A stretch of DNA of 61,853 nt, filler included, from Catajapyx aquilonaris (GCA_000934665.2; 4 parts of 4 records of this genome joined end to end with filler, not necessarily neighbours in it); one strand, 5' to 3'; counted from the whole stretch's first letter, positions 12,514-23,512 are shown. The notes: generated from the sequence alone by a model not told the origin. Made by a program: numbers and translations.

Positions 12514-12848
12514 GGGAGATGAAGTGGCGTCGCGGTAACGCGTGCGCCCACGGATATGAAGGTCCCGGGTTCAATCCCCACCCGAAGTTCCCACCTTTAT
12601 CCGTGCAGAGTTGGGCCATCTCTGGCTTCATTTCGGGTGGAAATTTCCTAAAGACTAATCCACCCGGGGGAGTTCACAAAATGACCACTCAACGACAGCG
12701 CATCACATGCACTTTGCACATCCCCTCCTACCAACCCTTGGAGTAATTCATAAGATTCTCTTAACACGCTCCAAAACAAATACTAATGGTGGTAATTCAC
12801 CCCCCCCCCTATATACCCAACAGGTCATCACGGGGTATTCAAAAAAAA
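12514..12848 (+). mobile_element. SINE family 2 copy with an alternative tail
   Basis: Head and body similar to 7678-7900; ends CACGGGGTATTC(A)n. Confidence 0.8.
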
Positions 12849-13801
12849 TCCCCAAAAAGGTCTCATTTTAGGCCCTTTCCAAACATCCACGATTTTTCCC
12901 CTCCTCATTGTATTGCAAAATATCACTGAAACTAGATATTAAGCATTATGAAATAGGCTGGCATAGGTGTGTATACAGCTCTGATTTTTTTCCACCAAAA
13001 TCCGAGATGGTCTCTCAGAATATATTTCAGACCATTTGATTCGGAATGACACCAATATTTCGAGAAATTTGGTTTTTTGAATGCCCCTAGGTCAAAACCA
13101 AAGGTCAGACAAAATTAAACGTCATTATATAGTGAGTTAGGAGCGACCTAAGATACAATGGCAATGAAGTTCCATGGACAAATATCGTTTTCAAAGTGTT
13201 ATGAGCGAGAAGCACTATGATGACTCCATGGATCAAGCATCAAGGCAGCAGACTCTGTGCTGATCTAGCCCTGCTGAGTGTAGAAAGAGATAGGAGAAAC
13301 TGACAAAAACTCACCTCATCATAGACCAAACTCCATCAGTGAAAGCAAGGAAGGTGCGGTTGTAATAATTTTTATGAGTAGTGTCATTTGTCAATAAAAA
13401 TATTAATGAACTTTGACTGGTATATTTGAGCTGAGTTAATGATAAAGTTATCTGAAAGATGGGTTTCAGATGTGTGGTGTGGGTAGGGGCGCAATTTCAG
13501 TGCTTGCCATATGCGCTATTTTCCGTATATACGCCTCTGCTCACAATATATAGGCAAGAGCTCTTGATATAGGCATACCCGGATAATTATTGGTTTCGGG
13601 GTTTGCCGACTCATTGGGTACGATCTAGTGAGTCATTTTTAGACATTTGTGTTTGGCGAAAAAGTCTGGCACGACGCCAGTACACGGAACAGTCGACGCT
13701 TAGCTCCCAAAATATGAAATTTTCAGGTCTGCTAGCAGTTTTGGTTCAAAATTTTAACAAAAAGGGTACTGAAAGTTACCGGTACTCACTTTTTGCATAT
13801 A

Positions 13802-14157
13802 CGAGGGGGGAGGGGCGGTCATAAAGTCCTTACAATCACCTTGAAAGAAGAGAGTCCCGGGCTACAGTGCAGCGATAGTGTTGTCAGTCCTTCTCTACAT
13901 ATGCGCCATGCATGGCAACACACTTCTCCCATCGATGGATGACCTGTCGGAGACCTTCGTTGAAGAAGCCCTCCATTTGGCTGCTGAGGAACTGTTCCAC
14001 CGCATTGATTGATGACCTCCCCATCGTCCTGGAAGTGGCGTCCACTCAGCGGACTCTTCAGTCGTGGGAAGAGCAACGCCCCAGCTGCAAAAATTCGCCG
14101 CTGTCCCCGGTCTTTCGGGGTGATTGTCACTTGTAAGAACTTTATGATTACCCCTCG
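13802..14157 (-). mobile_element. Internally deleted mariner element
   Basis: TA|CGAGGGG...CCCCTCG|TA; minus strand gives LKSPLSGRHFQDDGEV and then (frameshift) FFNEGLRQVIHRWEKCVAMHGAYVEK. Confidence 0.85.
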
Positions 14158-14177
14158 TAGTCTACTATACTCTATAC

Positions 14178-14579
14178 CAGAGTTGGGCAACCTACTCCCC
14201 GCGGGCCGGATCCGGCCCGCGAAGACAATTTGTGCGGCCTGAGCAAAAATTTCGGAATTCCTGAAACTGTTGCAAAGTTAAAATTGCAAAATTTTATGCC
14301 TGTGCCTTTTTTTATAATTATTTTAAATCCACAGAAACATTGTTTTTTATTTATACAGGCCATTTTCATTGATACCGTACGTATATATTTAGCTAATTTT
14401 ATCGATTTTCAGAGAATTTAATAATAATTTATGTAAAATTAATAGAAGTTCATTTAAAACGATGGATTATCATTGTAAACTTTTTATAAGTTGAAATTTC
14501 TTTTGTTAGATATATGCGGGCCGTCAAATTTTTTAAACTCTCTATGCGGCCCACGGAGAAAAAAGGTTGCCCACCCCTG
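14178..14579. mobile_element. hAT (Charlie-like) MITE
   Basis: CAGAGTTGGGCAACCT ... AGGTTGCCCACCCCTG; 8-bp TSD CTCTATAC/CTCTATAT; GCGGGCCGGATCCGGCCCGC subterminal motif. Confidence 0.8.
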
Positions 14580-14699
14580 CTCTATATATACAGTATAGCT
14601 ATAGGCCGGATATAGGCCCTACTATATGGTACCGGTATAGGGTGACAGAACTACAGGTCGACCTCCCAACTAGGGGGCGACGGCGATCCCCCCCTAGTT

Positions 14700-14890
14700 G
14701 GTACACAAGGTGGGTTGCGGCGTTTATTGTCTAAGGGGCACCTAAACTCTAGAGTAGCCTCTGACGTCAGCGGTTGGATTTTCGACGTATATCGATAAGG
14801 TACATCGAAAATCCAACCGCTGACGTCAGAGGCTAATCTAGAGTTTAGGTGCCCCTTAGACAATAAACGCCGCAACCCACCTTGTGTACC
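14700..14890. repeat. Near-perfect ~190-bp palindrome
   Basis: GGTACACAAGGTGGGTTGCGG...TTTTCGA mirrored by TCGAAAA...CCGCAACCCACCTTGTGTACC. Confidence 0.9.
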
Positions 14891-15449
14891 GTGTCCTGGA
14901 ACGTACCTATATACTATATGCGCAGTCATAGCAGGTCATAGTAAATTCTGAATATATACAGATCGTGCCGTGTGTGTCGGTCATCATTGGTGACGTTGCG
15001 TTGGGTGGAATTTTCGTCCCACGGCCAGTTTACTGAGTAACTAACAGTGTGATGAAAATGATTTGAACCGTTGTTAACGGTTGAGGTAGATGTTTCTCGC
15101 CCCCACATGTAGACTATGTCGGATTGCAGTAGTCCATTCCCTTTTGTGTGAGAGAGAACCTCTGCATAGGCCTCGATTTAGTGCTGCCCTCGTGAAATAG
15201 TACACCAATGAATGGATCTGGAAATAATTCCGGGCGAAAACAACCCGGGTCTCGGGAAGAAGCAGTTCACATGGAAGCGGGGTCTGCAGTATTTCATTTG
15301 CAACTGCCCGCCACTCATGTTTGAGGTGAAACCACAAGCTCCTCATATCCATTCCGTAATTGACTCAAAATGGCTTCCGTAAAATTTCACACCACCGAAC
15401 CCAGTGCATCACCATATGAAATGGAAAGCAATAATGTAAATACGGCGTA

Positions 15450-15549
15450 NNNNNNNNNNNNNNNNNNNNNNNNNNNNNNNNNNNNNNNNNNNNTTAATTA
15501 ATTAANNNNNNNNNNNNNNNNNNNNNNNNNNNNNNNNNNNNNNNNNNNN
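15450..15549. other. Assembly gap with TTAATTAATTAA spacer (same at 30928-31027 and 46402-46501)
   Basis: N-run, TTAATTAATTAA, N-run, identical at three sites. Confidence 0.95.
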
Positions 15550-15699
15550 GGGGGGGAAGGGAGGGGGGGTGAGGAGATGAGAACGTGGGGAGGGCAGGAG
15601 GAGCACCGGCATAACTGATGGAAATTCAAAGTAAAAAAGTAATCTGTGGTAAAAATGCCGCATCTGGTCAGCAGCAGCAGACTTTGTGAAAATTATTTT

Positions 15700-16100
15700 T
15701 TTTGAGCATTTAGACTCAAACAAGTGCCGTTTTCAGATTTATTCTGATGTTTGTTTGACAAGCTCTACCAGCATACCAAATTTCAGCATCCTAGGACCAC
15801 TGGAAGTGCCGTATAATTTTGATGATCAGTGAGTGAGTGAGTGAGTCAGTCAGTGTCACATTTTGGCCGTTTTGGGAGTTTTTAGGATTTTTTAAGTCGG
15901 AAATGAAAAGAGATATGAACATGGAAGTAAGGGGGCATTATTTTTAATCGATTTTTATCTACCCAAATAAAAATTTTGAAGCGACGTGTGTTCACCAGTG
16001 CGAAGATTCGAGGGGGTCAAAATGACGTGAGTTGTGTCGGGTAAAGGTGGTCCGGCAGTGCGGCGAGAACTTGGCGGGGGCACTGCCGTGCCCCCTAATT
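15700..16100 (+). mobile_element. Helentron/DINE-1-like non-autonomous rolling-circle element, 3' part
   Basis: ATACCAAATTTCAGC motif, (GTGA)n/(GTCA)n microsatellite, terminal hairpin GGGGGCACTGCCGTGCCCCC. Confidence 0.5.
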
Positions 16101-16138
16101 CTGAAAATTGTTATATTTAAGTTATAACTATAATACCT

Positions 16139-16547
16139 ATAAAATGTGGGAAAAACAAACAGCATTGTTCTGAAAATTGTGTCGGAAAATATCGTTGCAG
16201 AATACAAATATTTGAGTGCTATAAAGGCACTAGAAAGCAGGCCTGGTAAGTCAAAAATATTTATTATGGTCAATCAGAATGGCAAATGTCAGTTTTTATA
16301 TGATTGTGCATGTAACTAGATCAGATTTGGAAACGGGTGACAACTTGATCATAGCCTAGGTATGGTGTGAAATATAGTTCAGGCTTTGGTATCAATTTAT
16401 TATGAAGTCAGAGGAACGTACGGATAGATATTAATGTCATCAGTGCGGCCAAATTGCGCTTGAACAATTTCCTTCAAGGTGACTCTGAGAGATTCCCATA
16501 ATCTCATTATCCATCGATCCAGAACCTACACATTCGTTCGTGTGATT
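16139..16547 (-). repeat. ~410-bp direct repeat, copy 1 (downstream of the IR gene)
   Basis: Colinear with 19333-19739, e.g. shared GACAACTTGATCATAGCCTAGGT and GGCTTTGGTATCAATTTATTATGAAGTC; contains a minus-strand AATAAA. Confidence 0.9.
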
Positions 16548-16627
16548 ATTAATCCATTGCTGTGCCACAGGAAGATTCAAAACCGAGTGAAGGTCATATC
16601 TGTAACGTCTGTTTTCGTTTTCCTAAC

Positions 16628-18733
16628 CTAATCCTGAAGTATATCATCCTCATGACCGTTTGCTCTTGGAGGTGTTTCCATGGGAAGTTGAAGATCTGAT
16701 TTCACTGCAGCATGATGGCGGAGAGAAGTCCTTTGAGTTTCGCATGATTTGCATGAAATTTCTATTATGAAACACACGCATGTTACCACCCATGAAGCAA
16801 CAATGAGGACGAAAGGACCGTACAGCTTCCTTACAGTGAGGGGCCTGCTCTCCTCCTCATCCTCGCTCCCCATCCCTTCCTCTGCCTCTTCTTCTTCATC
16901 ATCATCACTCTTGGACCACTGGCGACGCTGGACCTCCTTCAGGGACTTACGAAACATACGGTAGAGTTCGACGTGTTGTAGATATGATACCAATCCAGAT
17001 TCAAATTCCCAAACCGCCACTATATTTACGTATGGCAAGAAGGGAATGTCCTTGAGAGTTGAAGAGCTGGTGTAAAAGCTGAGAGTAGGTTCGGTGTTGT
17101 CTCTCACACGAAGGTTTCCATTGCTGTCCACCACTTCAGCTTTAGCCCGGTTCATGAAGTAATTAATTCCGATGCAACTGTGATACTCCTCTTCCTCTGT
17201 TTTTTCAACGCATTCGGTGTAGCTGCTCATAGTCTCCAATTTTTGAGCAATCTCGTGGTAGTAGGTGTGGCCTTCCACTTTGCTGGCCAACATGTTGTAA
17301 ATGATAACCATTTCCAAATGGGCGCCAACTACCAAGCGAGAATTGCTGAGTTCCTCCAGTGTGGTTGGAAGAGTCTCCTTCTCAGGGACTGCCACAAAAG
17401 CGAAAACCATTTCTTGGTATCCACACGACAGGATCATGGCTACGAAAAACCAAAATAATATAAAGATTCTCGCTGCATGAGCCCTTGGAAACTCTTCGTT
17501 GGGCAAATGCTCAATCAAGGCACCAGCACAAGAGTGAATTGCGATGCCTACAAAGTCCTCTCCTGGGACATTGTACAAGGCGGCTTCCATTTTGAGCAGT
17601 TTCCAAGTGACTCCTATTGCAAAGACAGTTCCTAATGCGATCAAGACCCAGACCTCCGGCTGGTAAGGCCAGAAGACAGTCTTCCACGTCCACACAGGTT
17701 TTGGGAATCCGGTGACGAATTCAAAGCGAAGGTATGCGTTTGGGTACAAGTATTTGACATGGGACAAGTCTTCCGGTTGATAGAAAGAAACGAAGCTAAA
17801 ATCTGCCTTGCCTGTCACCAGGTCTTTAATCGGTGACAACCACGTTCCGTTACCCATACGAGTCCTCTCCATCATCTCTGGGACTACTGTCATTTCGTAG
17901 GAGCTACAGGTGAAATTCAACTTGTCAGCAAATATGAGTAGGTGAGCTTCGAAGAAGTCCAGGTTCAGCCGGCCATGCTTTTCCCTCTTCTTCAAGATTT
18001 CATTCCCATCAAATTCTCTAAAAAACACGCCTCTTAAATGCCTGCCATGTAAATTTCTCGTTGTGTCCGGAAACATGTCCCCTACTCCCAGTCCCGGATA
18101 CTGTCCCAGAGTGGCCTTGGAGTGCTTCCCCTCGTCGCAGCAGAAGCAAATGGTGGACACCTCCAACACTGCAGCATCAGGAGAAGGCTTGATGGCCACC
18201 TTCCACTTCATCCCCAGCATGCTGTTGGTCCTGTCCTCCTTTGGTGAAATGGCCTTGTCCGGGTCTTCCCTGGTCCAGATGACGACGTGGTCATCGTCTG
18301 ACCTGACCTTGACCCTGGTGGAGACGAAGATGCTCATCCGGTTGACCAGTCCGGATGTCCTAGTGGTGAGCAGCTGCATCAGACAATAACCTGTCCACTC
18401 CTTGGAGTGAATGTCCCAATAATCTCGATAAGGTGCGTCATCAGGAACAAAGAAGGATTCGGGAGGGGACAAAGTGATTGTCGGGCGATAATGCGCGTTC
18501 GCATCAGACAAGAGTGTCTGCATCGCTTTCGGAAAAGACACAAAGTCGTGGGCCAGCATTAGACTACAATCGGGCAACGTGTCAGACAAGATGTCTTGCA
18601 CCAAACTGGACACGAGTTCCTCCCTTTGCGTATGATTTTTGCAGCACGAGTGAATGAGAGATGCAGAAGCCATCGTGTGCCAGCTAAACACCACCGCAAA
18701 TACTGAAATGATGCTTACAATGGTGGCCCCCAT
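16628..18733 (-). CDS. Divergent ionotropic receptor (IR, iGluR-related chemoreceptor), single coding exon, ~701 aa
   Basis: Signal peptide MGATIVSIISVFAVVFSW; NLHGRHLRG; FADKLNFT; NGTW...DLVTGKADF; pre-M1 FWPYQPEVWVLI; M3 ARIFILFWFFVAMILSCGY; PTTLEEL; FESGLV; M4 PLTVRKLYGPF...FIIEI. Confidence 0.9.
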   Translation of the reverse strand: MGATIVSIISVFAVVFSWHTMASASLIHSCCKNHTQREELVSSLVQDILSDTLPDCSLMLAHDFVSFPKAMQTLLSDANAHYRPTITLSPPESFFVPDDAPYRDYWDIHSKEWTGYCLMQLLTTRTSGLVNRMSIFVSTRVKVRSDDDHVVIWTREDPDKAISPKEDRTNSMLGMKWKVAIKPSPDAAVLEVSTICFCCDEGKHSKATLGQYPGLGVGDMFPDTTRNLHGRHLRGVFFREFDGNEILKKREKHGRLNLDFFEAHLLIFADKLNFTCSSYEMTVVPEMMERTRMGNGTWLSPIKDLVTGKADFSFVSFYQPEDLSHVKYLYPNAYLRFEFVTGFPKPVWTWKTVFWPYQPEVWVLIALGTVFAIGVTWKLLKMEAALYNVPGEDFVGIAIHSCAGALIEHLPNEEFPRAHAARIFILFWFFVAMILSCGYQEMVFAFVAVPEKETLPTTLEELSNSRLVVGAHLEMVIIYNMLASKVEGHTYYHEIAQKLETMSSYTECVEKTEEEEYHSCIGINYFMNRAKAEVVDSNGNLRVRDNTEPTLSFYTSSSTLKDIPFLPYVNIVAVWEFESGLVSYLQHVELYRMFRKSLKEVQRRQWSKSDDDEEEEAEEGMGSEDEEESRPLTVRKLYGPFVLIVASWVVTCVCFIIEISCKSCETQRTSLRHHAAVKSDLQLPMETPPRANGHEDDILQD

Positions 18734-19332
18734 TGTTGCTTCCAAGTAAGACCGATGAGACCTATTTTTACCAACAATCAGCAATCACATACAGTTAGAA
18801 TCCACTTGCTTTTCACTGAGATCTCTTGTTTGTCCAAGAGTCGTAACACGTCAAGATGGATCGTAATTGTACGAAGGAACTGGTTCAACGGTTGTCCGAC
18901 TATTCCATAAAATTCGGCACACACTGACACAGTATGTGCTTCATGCTTGAAACGAGGAAACAGGAGTGGCTGGAGCAATAGACTGTGCTTCATGTACTGC
19001 AGCTGTATATTGAATAAATTTTTCAAAATAATGAGGACTAATTTGCTGTTTCCAGGCTTGCCGTATGTGGAAGCCAGTTATTAAGTCAGGAATTATTGTT
19101 ACGTGGAAGGCCACGAGGAACTCCATTTCGAGTATCTTCATGACTATCAATGCGAATTAGAGAGAAATATGGCAAGTGAAGCAATCGATATAATATTATT
19201 AAAATGGTATGCCCAAGATTAACTGCTGATGTAGGTGCAGATTCTTTATAATCTCGCTTAACTACACCAGATCGATTCAGTTCCATTATACAGAGAAGGA
19301 TAAAATCCTTGTTAGATTTATAAATATCACTC

Positions 19333-19739
19333 ATAAAATGTGTGAAAAACAAACATCATCGTTCTGGAAATTGTGTCTGAAAAGATCCTGCTTGCTGAAG
19401 GCAATATGAGTGCTATAAAGGCAAGCTAGAAAGCATGAAAGTACAAGCCTAGTAAGACAAAATATTTATGGTCAATCGGAATGGCAAAGGGTAGTTTATA
19501 CAATCATGTGCGCGTAAATTAGATCAGATCTGGAAATGGGCGACAACTTGATCATAGCCTAGGTGTGGTATGAAATATAGTTCTGGGCTTTGGTATCAAT
19601 TTATTATGAAGTCGGAGGAACTTAATGTTAATGTCACCAGTGCTGCCAAATTGCGATTGTACAAATTTATTACTTCATGGTGACTCTGAGACATTCTCAT
19701 TACCAATCGATCCAGTACCTATACACTTTCACGTGGATT
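19333..19739 (-). repeat. ~410-bp direct repeat, copy 2 (downstream of LRR gene 1, upstream of IR)
   Basis: Colinear with 16139-16547. Confidence 0.9.
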
Positions 19740-19800
19740 CCAGTACCCTGCACATTTTCTCTATAACGATCTATAATGATATAATGATCAGAGGATTGCA

Positions 19801-21339
19801 TCACACCTCTTTGGCCAAATTGCCAAAGCTCATGCCGTTGACCATCATCAGCATGTTGAAAGGTCGAATCGTATCCCTGACTCTGGCGATGACATCAGGA
19901 GGCAGGGGACCGATCTTCTCGCTCCAGATGAACACTCTGGTCAGAGCTTCTCCGAAGAACTGGAACAGTTTGGGCACCACCGCGATGCTCAGTCCGTCGC
20001 TCTCCAGTTTCATGGTGTGCAAGTGGGCCATCCGGTTCTTGTTGATAACTCGGCTCAGGATGGCGTCGTTCAGGAGGGAATGTTGGTTGACGTCCAAGCA
20101 TATCAGATTCACGCTCAGAGTCAGCAGGTACTCCAGGTGAGCCTCCGAAACGGAATCACCCATGTCGTCGATGATCAAGGTCTCCAAGTATCTGAAATGC
20201 ACGTTTCCTTCGTCCTGCTCGAATGTCAGTGGCAGCAGTGTGCAGTTGGAGATCCTGAGCTTGGACAGGTTGGGTAACAATGCGCCGATCTGACGAATAT
20301 CGACGTAGAAGCAGTAGTTCATGCTGAGTGTGGTCAGGTTGGGAAGACGTGTCTGGTGGTCCAGGAAAAGAGAGGCCTGCACGTGGCCGACTAAGTACAA
20401 GAGAAGTCCTTCCAGCTTAAGCATGAAGGGGTGGTCCAGCACGATTCGTTTGTCCGTGGGCGGTTCGCAGATGCTGAGTGTCTTCAGGTTGGACATGGAG
20501 TTCAGAGGTGTGAGGTCGCAAGTGTTGGCCACCGCTATTTCCCTGAGCCGTGGAAAACACTGAGCCGTAACAGGCAAGAGATTCGAATCCACCATGGGTC
20601 CAAAGATGTCTCTTGTCTCCAGAGTGACGTCCATCACTTCCAGCTGGTAAGACTTCCGGCACCTTCCAAACACGTCTGACAGCAAACTCATGTTGATTTT
20701 GAGGCAGTGCAGCCGAGGGATGTTGTCCAGCATGAACATGACGTCCTCGATGCATTTGCCGCGGTAAGTGACGCAGACGCTTCTGAATGTGTTCCAGCAT
20801 CCTTTGGGACGCTTCCAGAACCCCCACTCCAGAGACAGCTCCTGGAGTTTAGGGCAGTGATGGGCCAGGTTCCGAATCAGTGCCTTCTCTGAAACCAGTC
20901 CCAGTCGAAGGATCCGCAGGTGAGGCAAACTCTTGACGTGCTTGATCAGGCTGGAGTTGGCGTACCCGGCCATCTTGTAGCTCTCCCAGTCGACGTTCAT
21001 GTTGAGATGAACCAGTCCTTTCAAGACGTCCAGGTTATCCAGCAGCTGGCACCTCACTCCTGTGGATATGCGGAGACCTGACAGGTTTACGGTGGTGCAA
21101 TTTGGACTGAAAAGGTCTCGAAGACTGTTGGACTGCCAGTGCGCGTCCGGATAGCTGGAAGCCATCTTCAGAAGGACGTATGTGAACTTATCAGCCAGGG
21201 TGGGTGGAAGGTAATGGACAAAGTGTGCGACGTCTTTGGAATGTCTCTTGGAGATGCCGGCCATGGACTCCAGGATCCCCGCCACAGTGCGACTCAGGCA
21301 TTTGTTGAGCAGGGACGGAGGCTTCTTGGATCGAGGCAT
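19801..21339 (-). CDS. Leucine-rich-repeat protein with N-terminal BC-box (PRAME/ZYG-11-like putative CRL2 substrate receptor), 512 aa
   Basis: MPRSKKPPSLLNKCLSRTV (BC-box-like PxSLxxxC); repeated LxxLxxLxL units; intronless CDS; probable 5'UTR intron (donor GAG|GTAAGT ~21514, acceptor TTAACAG ~21356). Confidence 0.8.
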   Translation of the reverse strand: MPRSKKPPSLLNKCLSRTVAGILESMAGISKRHSKDVAHFVHYLPPTLADKFTYVLLKMASSYPDAHWQSNSLRDLFSPNCTTVNLSGLRISTGVRCQLLDNLDVLKGLVHLNMNVDWESYKMAGYANSSLIKHVKSLPHLRILRLGLVSEKALIRNLAHHCPKLQELSLEWGFWKRPKGCWNTFRSVCVTYRGKCIEDVMFMLDNIPRLHCLKINMSLLSDVFGRCRKSYQLEVMDVTLETRDIFGPMVDSNLLPVTAQCFPRLREIAVANTCDLTPLNSMSNLKTLSICEPPTDKRIVLDHPFMLKLEGLLLYLVGHVQASLFLDHQTRLPNLTTLSMNYCFYVDIRQIGALLPNLSKLRISNCTLLPLTFEQDEGNVHFRYLETLIIDDMGDSVSEAHLEYLLTLSVNLICLDVNQHSLLNDAILSRVINKNRMAHLHTMKLESDGLSIAVVPKLFQFFGEALTRVFIWSEKIGPLPPDVIARVRDTIRPFNMLMMVNGMSFGNLAKEV

Positions 21340-21970
21340 GGTTATATGCTCTCCCTGTTAAGTATAGTCGACATGTCTAATGAACTCAAGGTGACCTCTA
21401 GTATGGATTGGTTTAATTGGCAAAGTGAGGTCATAAAAGAGCAGGCTTTTGGACAACGCCAGAAAACTGGAGAACCAAAATAAACCCCGATCTTGTAAAA
21501 GGTTAACTACTTACCTCACTCAAAGCTGGGTAATTTATTGAGGTGTCTTTAAATTTTGTTTCCAAATATGTGTGAATGATCCATAATAAAAGTTTTATCA
21601 AAGTTCTTTCGTTGCCTAGCAGTCTGCACCAACAATAATAACAGGCCACGCAAGCCCCATTTTCGTTTGTTCCCCATTGTCTTTGCAACCCGGATGCTTT
21701 CTTCTTCCATAATTATGTCGTACCCACTTATATTCAGCCAAATGTTTGATATGTGGCCTTGTCTCGAGTCAAAAAAATGGATGGAATATTCATCTAACCA
21801 ACTTTGATCCCACTCAAGTTAAAGCTCAAGTTAAAGCTGGAATTTTATTGGTGTACACGTTTTCATTACACATGGATTTAATGCATTATTTATGAATTAC
21901 TGTAAGAGCTGAGACTATATGAGGAACATGCCAAATCCACCAAGGAGTGATGAACTTATTGAAGTGCCTC

Positions 21971-23512
21971 CTATTGCATTAAGTCGATATCGCCAAAAGC
22001 CACGCCGTTGATGGTCAGAAACGGGTGAAAAGGTGCGACCATTTCCTCCACTTGACTCGCGAGATTCTCAGAAAGGTCAAGCATCAGGCTGCTATTAAGG
22101 TGCATTTCACTCAGTTCAACTCCAAAGTGCTGGATAGCCAGGTGAACCACGCATATTGTCAGACAGTCGCTTTCTAGTCTCATAGAGGACAGGTGGGTAA
22201 ACGGATTTGTCCTCAGCATCCGAAGGAAATCAGCATCGTCGAAATGAGACTCCTTCGTGATCTGGAGATACTGCAGATCCAGGCAGTTTCTCAGGAGGCA
22301 GTCCAAATGAGACCAGGAAAAGGCCTGGTCGTTGTCGTCAAAGATCAACACTTGCAAGTGCTCGAAAGGTGCTTTGCATTCACCCTTGGGGGTCAAGCGT
22401 GATGGTGAGCATGATATAATGTGAAGGTCGGACAGGTTTGGAAACAGGGTTCCGACCTGATACAAGTCGAGCCCGGTGCAGGAGTACATGAAGAGTACGG
22501 ACAAGTTTGGAAGTTCCTGGGCCATTTCCAAGGAGGCGTGTAGGTTCGAGACTGAATGTAAGGTCAAACTGGTCAGGTTTGAAAAGCATGTCTCGCTTAG
22601 TGAGATAGCACTTTTCATGGGTGGAAAGACGATGGTCAGAAATTTCAGGTTGGTCATGACATTCATAGGGGTCAGGTCGCTTGTCAAGACCACCATCATC
22701 TTCAGTAGGAGTGGAAAGTGACTGACCAGATTCCGCAATTGTTCTGGACCATGAGCAGTAACCACCATCTCCCTGCGTCCTTCCAGGGTTAGGTTCAGCT
22801 CCTGCAGCTGGTAAGGCCCCCTGAACCTTGGAAACACCCGAAGAAACACCTTCTCGTAGATATTCAAGTAGTGCAAGCGCGGTATGTTTTCCAGCATGAA
22901 CATGACGTCGTCATCGCATGTCCCGTGGTATGTTACAGCAACGCTTCTGAATGTGTCCCAGCAGCTGGATGTGGGACGAGTCTCGAACGCCCATACAAAA
23001 GCGAACTCCTGGAGTTTGGGACAGTGCTTGGCCAGACCCTCAATTAAGTCTCCGAAAGAGACCTCTCCGAGTCGCAAGATCCGCAGATGGGACAATCTAT
23101 GGACGTGCTTGGTCACTTTAAAGTGGACGAAAAGGTCATCCCTGTTTTCGGAGTTCCCAAAGTCATCCATCACAGTCAGGTGAGTCAGTTTGGTCATGAC
23201 GTCCAGGTGGTCCAGCAGTTGACGCCTCACCATTACCGACATGCTGTGTCCTCTGAGCTGGACCGCGGTACATCGTGGATGGACAGCATCCCGGAGACTG
23301 ATGGGCTCCAAGAATCTGTCCGCATATTGGGAGGCTTCTTCCATAAGTTGCTTGGTGTACTCGTTTGCCAGGTTGGCCGGAATCACTTGCACGAACGATG
23401 CGATGCCTTCGGAATGTCTTCCGGATATTCCGTAGACTGACTGCACCACCATCTTCACTATCCGCCAGAGGCTGCATTTGACCAAGTTTGGAGGTGTCTT
23501 CGGCCGAGGCAT
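21971..23512 (-). CDS. Tandem paralogue BC-box/LRR protein, 513 aa
   Basis: MPRPKTPPNLVKCSL; colinear with the neighbour (HLRILRLG.VS, LA.HCPKLQE, CW.TFRSV.VTY.G.C..DVMFML.NIPRLH). Confidence 0.8.
   Translation of the reverse strand: MPRPKTPPNLVKCSLWRIVKMVVQSVYGISGRHSEGIASFVQVIPANLANEYTKQLMEEASQYADRFLEPISLRDAVHPRCTAVQLRGHSMSVMVRRQLLDHLDVMTKLTHLTVMDDFGNSENRDDLFVHFKVTKHVHRLSHLRILRLGEVSFGDLIEGLAKHCPKLQEFAFVWAFETRPTSSCWDTFRSVAVTYHGTCDDDVMFMLENIPRLHYLNIYEKVFLRVFPRFRGPYQLQELNLTLEGRREMVVTAHGPEQLRNLVSHFPLLLKMMVVLTSDLTPMNVMTNLKFLTIVFPPMKSAISLSETCFSNLTSLTLHSVSNLHASLEMAQELPNLSVLFMYSCTGLDLYQVGTLFPNLSDLHIISCSPSRLTPKGECKAPFEHLQVLIFDDNDQAFSWSHLDCLLRNCLDLQYLQITKESHFDDADFLRMLRTNPFTHLSSMRLESDCLTICVVHLAIQHFGVELSEMHLNSSLMLDLSENLASQVEEMVAPFHPFLTINGVAFGDIDLMQ

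Larger units (their letters stand above)
11390..13210. mobile_element. Diverged long foldback nested in the hAT element
   Basis: 12042-12200 mirrors 12355-12500; 11480-11770 mirrors 12850-13170. Confidence 0.65.
11282..13539 (+). mobile_element. Internally deleted hAT element with a dimerisation-domain remnant
   Basis: 8-bp TSD CTCACAAT (11274-11281, 13540-13547); CAGAGGC termini; 13225-13365 gives frameshifted ..QRL..DLALLSVER...SVKARKVRL*, typical of the hAT C-terminus. Confidence 0.8.

Noticed and set aside
15450..15549. Recurrent TTAATTAATTAA motif between N runs
   Set aside because: Identical at three gaps and has stops in all frames; a scaffolding spacer, not biology
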